Positions 1 to 8,671 of a stretch of 34,199 nucleotides of DNA are shown here, one piece after another. Below the pieces are notes generated by a model. The model worked only from the letters and a program-made list of their open reading frames with translations, made no database searches and was not told the DNA's origin. This stretch comes from Candidatus Wallbacteria bacterium (GTDB taxonomy: Bacteria; Muiribacteriota; UBA6191; JACPRK01), in the NCBI GenBank assembly GCA_016199905.1, contig JACQFU010000396.1, positions 1 through 34,199 on the forward strand. Reading direction: 5' to 3'. Every line of letters starts with the position of its first letter. Positions within the stretch are counted from its first letter, which is position 1. The position numbers were made by a program, and so were the translations under genes.

Positions 1-158
1 ACGGCGAGCGCCAGGTCCTCGATGGTTCGACTCCCATCGAGGAGCTTCCAGAGCCCCAGTTCCCGATCGTCGGACTCCGCGAAGTACCGGCCGTCGGCCG
101 TGCGCAAGATCCAGGGCTTGCCGTCGTGGTGCCTCGCGAAGACTTCCACTCCCGCCAT
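1..158 (-). CDS. PqqD-family-like (RiPP-recognition-element-like) protein, N-terminal fragment; gene runs off the left edge
   Basis: Absent from the ORF track because it is open at the window edge. The reverse strand from ATG (comp. 156-158) reads MAGVEVFARHHDGKPWILRTADGRYFAESDDRELGLWKLLDGSRTIEDLALA... Third codon positions are almost all G/C, as in the other genes here. The segment LWKLLDGSRTIEDLA resembles the hallmark helix of PqqD-type peptide chaperones. Confidence 0.45.
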   Translation of the reverse strand, partial: MAGVEVFARHHDGKPWILRTADGRYFAESDDRELGLWKLLDGSRTIEDLALA

Positions 159-248
159 GGCCTTGGGTCTCGCCTTGGACAGATTCGACTTTCCGGCGCC
201 CGCGCGCTCCGCTGAATGCGACATTCCACTCTCCCTGTCCGGAACTTC

Positions 249-453
249 CGCGAAAGCTCCACCGCCCGCAACTCGGTGACTCAGGACACGCTGCGGCTCA
301 TGATAGTACACGGGCTTCCGCCGATTGTTGAACCAGGCAAGAGGGGGAGCCAGGGAAGTTCGTCAGAGCATCGCTAAGGCGGGCCTCTACTCGCTGCCGC
401 AATCTCCCGGCCTCCAGCCGGCGGCGCTGTTCCCGGCCGGTGGAGCTTTCGCG
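249..453. repeat. 16-bp perfect inverted repeat (CGCGAAAGCTCCACCG at 249-264; CGGTGGAGCTTTCGCG at 438-453) with a 173-bp spacer
   Basis: Read directly from the sequence. The arms are exact reverse complements and extend to 18/19 with one mismatch. The right arm contains the 10-bp palindrome TTTCGCGAAA (447-456). It lies in the 375-bp non-coding gap between the PqqD-like gene and the yceI-like gene. Confidence 0.7.
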
Positions 454-488
454 AAATCGGCGGCTGCCGCCAAAGCATTGGCGCACTG

Positions 489-497
489 TGCTAGAAT
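489..497 (+). promoter_or_regulatory. Putative extended -10 promoter element TGcTAGAAT upstream of the YceI-like gene
   Basis: TGCTAGAAT matches TGnTATAAT with one mismatch, 38 nt upstream of the ATG at 535. No convincing -35 element. Similar TGnTAnnnT elements occur upstream of several other genes in the window. Confidence 0.3.
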
Positions 498-534
498 CCC
501 GCTGCCGGACGGGGCCCGGCGCGAGGTGACGAAA

Positions 535-1167
535 ATGAGAAATCAACGAGACGGACTGTGGTTGGGGCTGCTGGCGCTGTTGCTGGCGGGAGGCCACCCG
601 GCCCACGCAGGCGTGAGCGTCTATCGGATCGATCCCACTTCCAGCACGGTCGAAGTGCGCACGGGCAAGTCGGGACTCTTCGGCGGGTTCGGCCACTCCC
701 ACGAGATCGCCGGCAGCCGGCTACGCGGAGAAGTCCGGGCGGACGAGGAAAAGCTCTCGGCCTCCTCCGTCGACGTCACGCTGGAGGCCACGTCCCTGAA
801 GGTGCTCGACCGCGTCAAGGAGAGCGAAGTGGCGGAAATCCAGCACACGATGGAAAGCGACAAGGTCCTCGACGTGTCGAAGTTCGCCGTCATCCGGTTT
901 CGCTCCACCCGCGTCGCGGGGTCGGGCGCCAAGGGCCAGCCCTACCGACTGGACCTGACCGGCGACCTGGAGTTTCACGGCGTGACGAAGCAGTTGCAGA
1001 CACCCGCGGAGGTGACCCTCGATGGCGACAAGCTCCAGGCGCACGGGGAATTCGTCGTCCGGCAACGGGACTTCGGTATCCGTCCCTTCAGCGGCGGTCT
1101 GGGAATGGTGAAGGTCGCCAACGAGGTCCGCATCCGCTTCCGGATCGTGGCTAGGCGTCGGAAGTAG
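535..1167 (+). CDS. YceI-like periplasmic polyisoprenoid-binding family protein
   Basis: The start was moved from the track's 325 to the internal ATG at 535. This gives the signal-peptide-like N-terminus MRNQRDGLWLGLLALLLAGGHPAHA. YceI-like features: FGHSHEIAG, SVDVTLEATSL, FAVIRFRST, LTGDLEFHGVTK, RQRDFGI. Confidence 0.8.
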   Translation: MRNQRDGLWLGLLALLLAGGHPAHAGVSVYRIDPTSSTVEVRTGKSGLFGGFGHSHEIAGSRLRGEVRADEEKLSASSVDVTLEATSLKVLDRVKESEVAEIQHTMESDKVLDVSKFAVIRFRSTRVAGSGAKGQPYRLDLTGDLEFHGVTKQLQTPAEVTLDGDKLQAHGEFVVRQRDFGIRPFSGGLGMVKVANEVRIRFRIVARRRK

Positions 1168-1184
1168 GCGCTCCGCCCCCGCCC

Positions 1185-2645
1185 CTACTCCGCGAGCTCC
1201 AGGTCGTGTGGGGAGCTTTCGCGCAAGCCGGCCACCGTGATGCGAACGAAGCGGGCGTTACGCCGCAAGGCCTCGATGCTGGGGGCGTTCAGGTAGCTCA
1301 TCCCGCTGCGCAGGCCGCCGGCCAACTGGTGCATCAGCTCCGTCACGCTGCCCCGGTACGGAACCACCGCCTCCACGCCTTCTGCGACGACGTTGGCAGC
1401 CAGCTCGTCCAGCACATCCTGGCTCTCTTCGCGCCGCGCCCGAGCTTCCGCGGCGCCTGCCGAGGCCATCCCGCGGAACACTTTGTAGCGAGCACCGCGG
1501 CGCACGACGGTCTGTCCGGGGCTCTCCTCGGTGGCGGCGAACAAGCTTCCGATCATCACGGTGGAGGCGCCCGCGGCCAACGCCTTGGTGATGTCGCCGG
1601 CGAATCGAATGCCACCGTCGGCGCAGACGGGTACGCCGCGCTCCGCGGCAACGCGCACACAGTCCAGCACGGCCGTGAGCTGGGGGACGCCAACGCCTGT
1701 GACGATGCGGGTGGAGCAGGCGGCGCCCGGACCGACGCCCACCTTCACGGCGTCGGCGCCTGCTTCGATCAGGTCGAGGGCGCCCTCCGGGGTGGCGACG
1801 TTGCCGGCGATCAGTTCGACGCCCGGGAACCGTTCCTTGACTCGCCGCGTGGCCCGCAGGGCGTGCTCGGAGTGCCCGTGGGCGATGTCGACGACCAGCA
1901 CGTCGGCCTCGGCGGCGACCAGTGCCTCCGCCCTCTCCATGTAATCGCCGACGGCCCCGATGGCGGCGCCGACCAGCAAGCGCCCCTGGGAGTCGCGGGC
2001 GGCGTTCGGGTTCTCTGCGACTCGAAGGACATCTCGACTCGTGATGAGCCCCCGCAGGCGACCCTCGGCATCGACCAGCGGCAGCTTCTCCAGCCGGCGC
2101 TCGTGGAGGATGCGCTTGGCCTCGTCCAGGGTCGTGCCGACCGGCGCGGTGACCAAGTTGCCGCCGCCGGTCATCAGATCGGCGACCTTCACGCCGCTGT
2201 TTTCGCTGAAGAGCAGGTCGCGGCTGGTGAGGATGCCGAGCAGCCGCTCGTCGTCGCCGACGACCAGCAGGCTGTGGATGTTGTGGCGGCCCAGGAGCTT
2301 GGTGGCGTCGGCGATGCTGCGTTGCGGCTGGATCGTGTGGAGGCGCGGCGTGGCGCCGACCTCGGGGCGCTTCACGCGGGACACCTCCGCCGCTTCGTCC
2401 TCGATCGTCATGAAGCGGTGGATAATGCCCAGACCGCCGCAACGTGCCATCGCGCGCGCCAGACGCGACTCGCAGACAGTGTCCATGTTCGCGGCCAGGA
2501 TCGGCGATGCGAGGCGCAGCTTGCGGGTGAGCCACGTGGAGGTGTCGACGTCTTTTCGGGAAGCGATGCCCGAGCGACGGGGCATCAACAGAACGTCGTC
2601 GTAGGTGAGCGCCAGGGGAATCTCGGGGCGGTCTTGGGAGTTCAT
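1185..2645 (-). CDS. guaB: Inosine-5'-monophosphate dehydrogenase
   Basis: 486 aa. N-terminus [10 protein letters not shown], a CBS-pair insert, catalytic loop [11 protein letters not shown], and [18 protein letters not shown] strong GAGGAGG Shine-Dalgarno lies upstream of the ATG. Confidence 0.95.
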   Translation of the reverse strand: MNSQDRPEIPLALTYDDVLLMPRRSGIASRKDVDTSTWLTRKLRLASPILAANMDTVCESRLARAMARCGGLGIIHRFMTIEDEAAEVSRVKRPEVGATPRLHTIQPQRSIADATKLLGRHNIHSLLVVGDDERLLGILTSRDLLFSENSGVKVADLMTGGGNLVTAPVGTTLDEAKRILHERRLEKLPLVDAEGRLRGLITSRDVLRVAENPNAARDSQGRLLVGAAIGAVGDYMERAEALVAAEADVLVVDIAHGHSEHALRATRRVKERFPGVELIAGNVATPEGALDLIEAGADAVKVGVGPGAACSTRIVTGVGVPQLTAVLDCVRVAAERGVPVCADGGIRFAGDITKALAAGASTVMIGSLFAATEESPGQTVVRRGARYKVFRGMASAGAAEARARREESQDVLDELAANVVAEGVEAVVPYRGSVTELMHQLAGGLRSGMSYLNAPSIEALRRNARFVRITVAGLRESSPHDLELAE

Positions 2646-2696
2646 CTAGGGAGCAGTCCTCCTCGCCGCGCGGCGGCAGAGTTCCAGAGCCGAGGG

Positions 2697-2705
2697 ATCA
2701 TAGCA
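2697..2705 (-). promoter_or_regulatory. Putative extended -10 element TGcTATGAT for guaB
   Basis: The minus strand reads TGCTATGAT about 50 nt upstream of the guaB ATG (2645). It lies downstream of the stop codon of the preceding gene. Confidence 0.3.
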
Positions 2706-2731
2706 CCCGGAACCCTCCGGGCTCGCGCGAA

Positions 2732-2750
2732 CCCGCCCCCCCTCCCCTCC
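2732..2750. repeat. C-run tract (CCC-G-C7-T-C4-T-CC); G-runs on the guaB-coding strand
   Basis: Read directly. On the minus strand it is GGAGGGGAGGGGGGGCGGG, immediately after the TIGR02757-family stop codon and upstream of the putative guaB -10 element. Confidence 0.7.
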
Positions 2751-3614
2751 TCACAGCAGGCAGACGTCGAGCAGCGGACAGGCGGCGCACTTTCGCAAGT
2801 CTCGCTTTCGCGGGCAGTGGTCGAGGATTCCGAGCCGGCAGATCGCGAAGTCGTACTTGACGGGATCGGCCGCGTCCAGCCGGCGCAAGCTGGCCGTGAT
2901 GTCGCAGGCCGTTGCCCAGCCCATCGTTCGGCGGCGCGTCAGTCCGATGTAGGCCGCGATGCGCGCGACGTGCGTGTCGAGCGGGATCACGAGCGCCCGC
3001 GGCGGCACGCGTCTCCACTGGCCGAAGTCGAGCGCGTCGGGGCCGCGGACCATCCAGCGCAAGTAGAGGCAAAGCCGCTTGCAGGCCGAAGCAGGCGGCG
3101 CCGGGAACAGGAAGCGAACGCTCGCCGGAAGGACGCCGCCGGCGTACAGCCGCGGTTCCATCAGCCCGACCATGCGGCCAGAGAAAGCGGCCAGGGCCTC
3201 GCCGACGTCCTGGGCCTCTTCCCGGAATCCCGCGGCAAACAGATCGCCCAGGGAGCCGTGCTCCAGCCGAGCCCGGCGCGCCGCCTCGAGCAAGCAGACC
3301 AGATCGCGAGCGTCGTTGAATCGGTGCTTGAACCCTTTGAAATCGGCGAGCGCGCGCGAGAGATTCAGGCCATCGACAAAGGCGGCCGGCCTCGGCCCCA
3401 TCCGCGCGAGCGCCGTCTCGACGCTCGCCAGCACCTGCCGGACCTGCCCGTAAGCCAGCGCCGATGCCACGAGGCCCGCGATCTCGCGGTCGTCCGTCGA
3501 GGAGTAGCGGTGAACGAACTGGAGCGGATCGGTGTCGAGGAAGCGGACGTCGAAGGTGGCGGCGAGAGCGCCGAGGCGCTGCCGGAGACGGGACCATGAC
3601 GCGCGGCGGGGCAC
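2751..3614 (-). CDS. TIGR02757/DUF2400 family protein
   Basis: 287 aa with a GTG start. It carries the family-typical motifs as I recall them: FKHRFN, SACKRLCLYLRWMVR, IPLDTHV, DPVKYDFAICRLG. Confidence 0.78.
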   Translation of the reverse strand: MPRRASWSRLRQRLGALAATFDVRFLDTDPLQFVHRYSSTDDREIAGLVASALAYGQVRQVLASVETALARMGPRPAAFVDGLNLSRALADFKGFKHRFNDARDLVCLLEAARRARLEHGSLGDLFAAGFREEAQDVGEALAAFSGRMVGLMEPRLYAGGVLPASVRFLFPAPPASACKRLCLYLRWMVRGPDALDFGQWRRVPPRALVIPLDTHVARIAAYIGLTRRRTMGWATACDITASLRRLDAADPVKYDFAICRLGILDHCPRKRDLRKCAACPLLDVCLL

Positions 3615-3718
3615 GAGGGGAAGTCTAGACGACTCGGGGGGCCGGGACTCCCGGAGTTTGGACTCCAGGTTTCAAATCGACAAATCCTTTCTTCGCCATG
3701 TTCACCTACGCCCCTCAT

Positions 3719-3739
3719 CCCCCCCCCGTCCCCGCCCCC
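3719..3739. repeat. Homopolymeric C9 tract followed by C4 and C5 runs (G-run motif on the minus strand)
   Basis: Sequence C9-GT-C4-G-C5, read directly. It sits 24-44 nt upstream of the moxR-like ATG, in the 148-bp divergent intergenic region. Confidence 0.8.
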
Positions 3740-3762
3740 ACTTGCTTTGAACCGTCCGCGTC

Positions 3763-4641
3763 ATGGTCGGCAAGCGGAACGCGGTCGAACTGGCGGTAAC
3801 GGCCCTGCTGGCGCGGGGCCACTTGCTAATCGAAGACGTCCCGGGCGTCGGCAAGACGACGCTGGCCCGTGCGATCGCGCGCTCCATAGACTGCAATTTC
3901 GGGCGCATCCAGGCAACCAGCGACCTCCTCCCCGCCGACGTCGTCGGCGTCGCGGTTTTCAACCGCAAGACCGACGAGTTCGAGTTCCGGGAGGGGCCGG
4001 TCTTCACGAACATCCTGCTGGTGGACGAAATCAACCGCGCGATGCCGCGCACGCAGTCGAGCCTGCTGCAATCGATGGCCGAGTGCGAGGTGACCGTCGA
4101 CGGCAAGACCTACCCGCTGAAGGCGCCCTTCTTCGTCATCGCCACGCAGAACCCGGCAGAGCAGGTGGGGACCTACTTCCTGCCGGAGAGCCAGCTCGAC
4201 CGCTTCGCTCTGCGCATCCCGCTGGGCTATCCGGACCGCGACCAGGAGCGCGCGATGATCCGGGCGCGCGAGAAATCGTCTCCGTTGGATGAACTGACTC
4301 CTGTGGTGAGCCGCTCCGAGTTGCTTCACCTGCAGCAGCGCGTGACGGACGTGCGGATGGCCGACAGCGTGCTCGATTACGTGCTCGCCATCGTGGAACG
4401 CTCGCGCTCGCGCGAGGACCTCTCGGCCGGCGCCAGTCCGCGCGGGGCGCTCGTGCTCTCGCGGCTCTGCCAGGCGTTCGCGCTGGTCCGCGGGCGCGAT
4501 CACGTGCTTCCCGACGACGTGAAGGATCTGGCGGCGCCGTGCCTGGCCCACCGCCTCTCGACCAAGACCGGGTTCCGGGCCGACTTGCTTGAGCAGTACA
4601 AGCTGGTGCGCAACATCCTCGAAGAGGTCTCGTCGCCGTGA
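3763..4641 (+). CDS. MoxR-family AAA+ ATPase
   Basis: Walker A DVPGVGKTTLA, Walker B ILLVDEINR, and FFVIATQNP..ESQLDRF. An in-frame TGA at 3748-3750 prevents a longer N-terminus. The stop overlaps the next gene's GTG start (GTGA at 4638-4641). Confidence 0.92.
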   Translation: MVGKRNAVELAVTALLARGHLLIEDVPGVGKTTLARAIARSIDCNFGRIQATSDLLPADVVGVAVFNRKTDEFEFREGPVFTNILLVDEINRAMPRTQSSLLQSMAECEVTVDGKTYPLKAPFFVIATQNPAEQVGTYFLPESQLDRFALRIPLGYPDRDQERAMIRAREKSSPLDELTPVVSRSELLHLQQRVTDVRMADSVLDYVLAIVERSRSREDLSAGASPRGALVLSRLCQAFALVRGRDHVLPDDVKDLAAPCLAHRLSTKTGFRADLLEQYKLVRNILEEVSSP

Positions 4642-5912
4642 GCGCCGCCACGTCCGGCGGCGCCCGCGCGCTGCGCGGCCGCGGCACCCGCGAGGGCATC
4701 TACTTCCTGCTTTTGTGGGTCTGCATCATCGTCGCGGCCATCAACTCCGGCACCAACCTGGTCTACCTGTTCGCCAGCGTGATGGCGGCGATCTACGCGC
4801 TCGCCTTCGTCTTCAACACCTTGAGTCTGAAGGGTCTCTCCGTCTCCGTGCACCTCGACCGCGAGGCGTCGGAGGGCGACGAGTTCACCTGGGAGGCGAT
4901 CGTCACCAACGACGGCCCCTTCTCCCGCCACTTCATCGAAGTGAAGCCCAAGTTCGTCCCGGCCTCCCAGCACGAGCCCGGCCGCAAGTTCCGGCGCCTC
5001 TTCCCCAAAGTGTCGGAGCTGCTGCCCTACCTGTCCAGGACGCTCAATCAGATCGTCACCCGCCTTCCCATTACGACTCGACTGCTCCGCCGAGGCGATT
5101 ACAGACTCGAAAACGTGGACGTCTACACCAGCTTCCCGATGCGCTCGGCGCACCTGGCCTGGACCTACTGGCCCGCCGGCCGCGTCGTGGTCATGCCGAC
5201 CCTGCTGCGGCCGTTCTACACCGCGGCGACCGCCGCCGAGATCGAGGTCCCCACCGAGAGCCTCGTCGACTCCCATCGCGGCGAGGGGCTCGACTACCAC
5301 GGCCTGCGCGAGTACATCCAGGGCGACCCTCCCAAGTCGATCCATTGGAAGGTGAGCGCCCGCGCCCAGCGCCTGATCGTGCGCGAGCACCAGCAGAACC
5401 GCTCGGCCCGCTACTACCTCTTCCTCGATCTCGACGAACGCAAGCTCGATCGCGGAGCCGCCCTGGACAACAACTTGGAGCAGTGCATCCGCATCGCCGC
5501 CACCGTCTGCCGCGAGCTGGTGACCGCCAACTGTCACAGCCAGGTGCTCCTGCTGGCCGACGAGTTCGCGCCCTCTCCGTCGATCTTCACGGCCTCCGAG
5601 CTGCCCCAGCTGCTTCGATACCTGGGCGCCGTGCCTTACACGCGCCGCGGGTCGCTGGCGGGGATGCTGGGGCGCACGGAGAGGCTCCTGGCGCCCGACA
5701 GCTACGTCCTGTTCGTCTTGCCCGGCGCCACCGAGGAGGACTGCGGCGCCATGGCGTCGCTGCTGGGAAAGGGCTATCGCGTGAGCGTGCTGCTGACCGT
5801 CGCCGACCGCACCGAAGCCGTCACCGCCCGATCCAGGCCGGCCATCGGAAAACTGGCCGCCGGCGGCTGTCAGGTGCTGCTCCACTCGCGCGCCACCAAC
5901 GCGCTGTGTTGA
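4638..5912 (+). CDS. DUF58 (vWA-like) domain membrane protein
   Basis: Two N-terminal hydrophobic helices. DUF58 signature [23 protein letters not shown]. There is a 4-bp start/stop overlap with the moxR-like gene. Confidence 0.88.
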   Translation: MSAATSGGARALRGRGTREGIYFLLLWVCIIVAAINSGTNLVYLFASVMAAIYALAFVFNTLSLKGLSVSVHLDREASEGDEFTWEAIVTNDGPFSRHFIEVKPKFVPASQHEPGRKFRRLFPKVSELLPYLSRTLNQIVTRLPITTRLLRRGDYRLENVDVYTSFPMRSAHLAWTYWPAGRVVVMPTLLRPFYTAATAAEIEVPTESLVDSHRGEGLDYHGLREYIQGDPPKSIHWKVSARAQRLIVREHQQNRSARYYLFLDLDERKLDRGAALDNNLEQCIRIAATVCRELVTANCHSQVLLLADEFAPSPSIFTASELPQLLRYLGAVPYTRRGSLAGMLGRTERLLAPDSYVLFVLPGATEEDCGAMASLLGKGYRVSVLLTVADRTEAVTARSRPAIGKLAAGGCQVLLHSRATNALC

Positions 5913-5928
5913 GGAGACATTTCCTCCA

Positions 5929-8058
5929 ATGACTCCCGCGGATCGTCTCGAGGGCCCCGAGCGGATGGACCGCTGGGCCTGGTTTGCGCTGGCAAGCGCG
6001 GTCCTGCCCATGCTCTTCGTGGAGCCGCTGGCGATCCTCGCCTTCGGCTTGCCGGCCCTGCTCTACTGGGCCGCTCGACGGGCCGGACGGCCGCTGGCGG
6101 AGGGGTCCGAGAACAAAGTAGGGCTGGCGGCCGCCGTCGCCTGCCTGGCCGTCTACATCCAGAGCCGCGACTCGGTGATCGCGTTCGCGCTGTTCTTCTG
6201 CTCGCTGGCCTCGCTGAGCCTCTTCACCGGCAAGGGACGCCGCTCGCTGCGCCAGCTCTACCTGGTGCTGACCATCGTGATGCTGGTCGTCTCGACGCGC
6301 ACGCTGGAGCTGCAGTTCCTCCTCTTCCTGGTGGCCTTCGCGACAGGCACGCTCCTGTGCTTCGTGCGCGAGGCCCACCCCCAGGCGGCCGCGCCCGGCT
6401 CCCGGACGCGCTATGGACTGGCTTGCCTGGCCTTCGTTCTGGCCTCGCTCGCCGTCGCTGCGCCGCTCTTCTTCATCCTGCCTCGCGCGCCGTTCGTGCT
6501 CTTCAACCTGTCGAACATGACGAGCGTCACCGGGTTCGGCGACGAGATGAGCCTGGGCGAGATGACCAGCATCAAGAAGAGCTCCAAGCTCTACATGCGG
6601 GTCTACGCCAAGGACCAGAAGAAGTGGCGGGGGCAGGTGCTGGATCGTTACGAAGGGCGCAAGTGGACCTCGCGAGCCGCGCGCGGCGCCGGGCGCTCCT
6701 TCACCGCCGAGCCCGGCAGGCCGGTCCGCCTCAAGCCCAACGACCCCACGCCGCTCGAAAACCTCTTCCTCCAGGAGATCATCATCGAGCCCTACCTCAA
6801 CCGCGCCCTCTTCTCTGCGCTGGAGCCTGTGGCAGTGGAGCTGATCGGCTATCCGATCGTCCACGGCGACGGCGACACGCTCTCCAGGGGCGGCGACACC
6901 CGGTTCCAGAAGGTCGCTTATCGCGTCTGGTCGAGGCTGCCGCAGGCGACCACGGCCCAGCTCCAGGCCGCCGCCGCGCCCCTCAACGTCATCTACTCGA
7001 TGAAGCCGTATCAGCAGTTGCCGGATGGTCTGACCCGGCTCAAGGCGCTCTCCGCGAGGATCGCTGGCCCCCAGAAGGGCTGGTACCGCAAGGCGGCGGC
7101 GATCGAGGACTACCTGCAGAAGAACCTGAGCTACACGCTCGACCTGCCCGAGGTCCCGGCCGGGACCGACCCCGTGGAAGCGTTCCTGTTCGAGAACAAG
7201 CGCGGCCACTGCGAGTACTTCGCCTCTGCGATGGTGCTGCTGCTGCGCGCGCAGGGCATCCCGAGCCGCGTGGTCACCGGCTTCGCCTTCGGCGAGTACA
7301 ACAGTTTCGGCGGCTACTACAACGTCCGCGAAAAAGACGCCCACGCCTGGGTGGAGGCGTACCTCGGAAACGTCGGCTGGTGGGAGTTCGATCCCACCCC
7401 CGGCGGTAACGAGAAGGAGGATCTGGGCCTGCTCGATCGTCTCGGCCTGACTCGAACGCCCCTCTGGCTCCAGATGAAGGCGTGGCTCGACTCCACGGAC
7501 GCGCAGTGGCAGCGCGAAGTCGTCAGCTACTCGGCCGACAGCCAGCGCGACCTGATGACGCGCATCGCCGAGAGCGTCGATGACGCCTACATCCAGGCGA
7601 CCGCGCGCTTCTATCGCTTTCGTTACTGGGTCCACGATCACAAGACGCCGCTGGTGGCGACGCTGGTGACGCTCCTGGCAGCCTCGCTTGCAGGCGGTCG
7701 CAAACGGGCGGCGGCGGCCCTGCTGTGGATGCTGGATCTGTTGCGCGGACTGTTCGCGGCGCGGGCGCGCAAGGCCGCGCGCCAGGGCGTGGTGCTGGCA
7801 TTCTCGCGCGCCGGCCGGGCGCTGGCCGCCCACGGCCTGGAACGGCGGCCGGACTGGACGCCGCTGGAGTACGCGCAGTTCGTCGAACGCGAGCGGCCCG
7901 AGGTGGCCGGGCCCCTGCGCGCCCTGGCGGAGCTGCACTGCCAGGTCGAATTCGCAGCGCACGCCTTCGACGACTCCGACCGGGCAAAGGCCGAAGGCTG
8001 GCTCGCCGAGCTGCGGCGCCTGCTGAAGGTCCCTCCCCCCGTCACTCCGAAGCGCTGA
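5929..8058 (+). CDS. Transglutaminase-like membrane protein (TgpA-type: multi-TM N-terminus, transglutaminase core, C-terminal TM/DUF4129-like region)
   Basis: Hydrophobic N-terminal about 190 aa. Cys-His-Asp core: RGHCEYFAS (Cys codon 7210-7212), [19 protein letters not shown] late TM segment reads [18 protein letters not shown]. Confidence 0.9.
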   Translation: MTPADRLEGPERMDRWAWFALASAVLPMLFVEPLAILAFGLPALLYWAARRAGRPLAEGSENKVGLAAAVACLAVYIQSRDSVIAFALFFCSLASLSLFTGKGRRSLRQLYLVLTIVMLVVSTRTLELQFLLFLVAFATGTLLCFVREAHPQAAAPGSRTRYGLACLAFVLASLAVAAPLFFILPRAPFVLFNLSNMTSVTGFGDEMSLGEMTSIKKSSKLYMRVYAKDQKKWRGQVLDRYEGRKWTSRAARGAGRSFTAEPGRPVRLKPNDPTPLENLFLQEIIIEPYLNRALFSALEPVAVELIGYPIVHGDGDTLSRGGDTRFQKVAYRVWSRLPQATTAQLQAAAAPLNVIYSMKPYQQLPDGLTRLKALSARIAGPQKGWYRKAAAIEDYLQKNLSYTLDLPEVPAGTDPVEAFLFENKRGHCEYFASAMVLLLRAQGIPSRVVTGFAFGEYNSFGGYYNVREKDAHAWVEAYLGNVGWWEFDPTPGGNEKEDLGLLDRLGLTRTPLWLQMKAWLDSTDAQWQREVVSYSADSQRDLMTRIAESVDDAYIQATARFYRFRYWVHDHKTPLVATLVTLLAASLAGGRKRAAAALLWMLDLLRGLFAARARKAARQGVVLAFSRAGRALAAHGLERRPDWTPLEYAQFVERERPEVAGPLRALAELHCQVEFAAHAFDDSDRAKAEGWLAELRRLLKVPPPVTPKR

Positions 8059-8671
8059 AAATCCGCCACTGGTCCAGGAACTCCGCGATGTCCGCCGTCC
8101 CGTGGCCGCTGAAGAACGGGATGCCCACGTGCTCGCGCACCGTGCACTCCTCGAAGTCCACCGACCGGCAGAAGCCGTGGTGCGACCGGAACACCCGCAG
8201 CTGCTTGCAGCCCAGCGCCTCCGTGGCAATCGGCTCGGGCAGGTCGCAGAAGCAGAGCGCCAGGATGGTCGACATCGCCCCGGCGAACTGTCCCTTGGCA
8301 ATCTTGTTGAGCGCTTCGGGCAACCTTTCGATCCACTGCCCGACCAGCTCCGCAGGCCGCCCGCTTCCGCGGGCCGTGCCGTCGACGAAGACCATCAGGA
8401 ACGCGGTTGCCAGCACCCATCTCCCCGCGATGCAGACCGCCGGCGGCGGGGAGACCTCGTCCACCGTCCAGCCCCGCTTCCCCAGAAACGCGGCCAGGTC
8501 CCAGATCACCCGGGCGGTGTCGTGGCGGCGGCGCATGCGATAGAAGGCTTCGGACTTCAGGCTGTTGGCTGGCGGAATCCAGCCTACAACCTCCACGCTC
8601 CCAAGACGGCCATTGAGTAATCCCCGGTCGCTCCAATAGAATCGGGGCGGTGCCGCCTTCCATCGAAGCAT
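8042..8671 (-). CDS. Hypothetical Cys/His-rich protein (start uncertain)
   Basis: Balanced amino-acid composition and high GC3 from about codon 30 onward. No family recognised. The track start (8671) overlaps the divergent neighbour's start by 22 bp, so the true start is probably internal (for example GTG at 8596). Confidence 0.5.
   Translation of the reverse strand: MLRWKAAPPRFYWSDRGLLNGRLGSVEVVGWIPPANSLKSEAFYRMRRRHDTARVIWDLAAFLGKRGWTVDEVSPPPAVCIAGRWVLATAFLMVFVDGTARGSGRPAELVGQWIERLPEALNKIAKGQFAGAMSTILALCFCDLPEPIATEALGCKQLRVFRSHHGFCRSVDFEECTVREHVGIPFFSGHGTADIAEFLDQWRIFSASE

Noticed and set aside
17-42. tRNA-like T-arm sequence (GATGG-TTCGACT-CCATC, resembling GGTTCGAnTCC) near the left edge
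   Set aside because: The complementary arms actually extend to a 9-bp stem, unlike the 5-bp T-stem. The downstream bases do not give a 7-bp acceptor strand plus discriminator-CCA. The segment also sits in a high-GC3 reading frame encoding DGSRTI of the PqqD-like protein. It is most likely a coincidental hairpin in coding sequence.
325-534. N-terminal 70-codon extension of the YceI-like ORF
   Set aside because: The extension is Ala/Pro/Gly-rich and non-protein-like. It would bury the signal peptide internally and contains the putative promoter. The internal ATG at 535 gives a normal signal peptide.
1212-1223. Third copy (GGAGCTTTCGCG) of the 249-453 inverted-repeat arm, inside the 3' end of guaB
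   Set aside because: Only 12 nt match perfectly, and they encode conserved-frame codons (..RESS..) of guaB. A 12-mer match is within reach of chance in a GC-biased 34-kb window. It is noted, but not treated as part of a repeat family.
1206-3599. 797-aa plus-strand ORF (and several others here: 1258-2535, 1960-2604, 2698-3597)
   Set aside because: These lie antisense or out of frame to guaB and the TIGR02757-family gene. Their composition is Arg/Gly/Ala/Pro-dominated with no motifs, which is typical of shadow ORFs in high-GC DNA.
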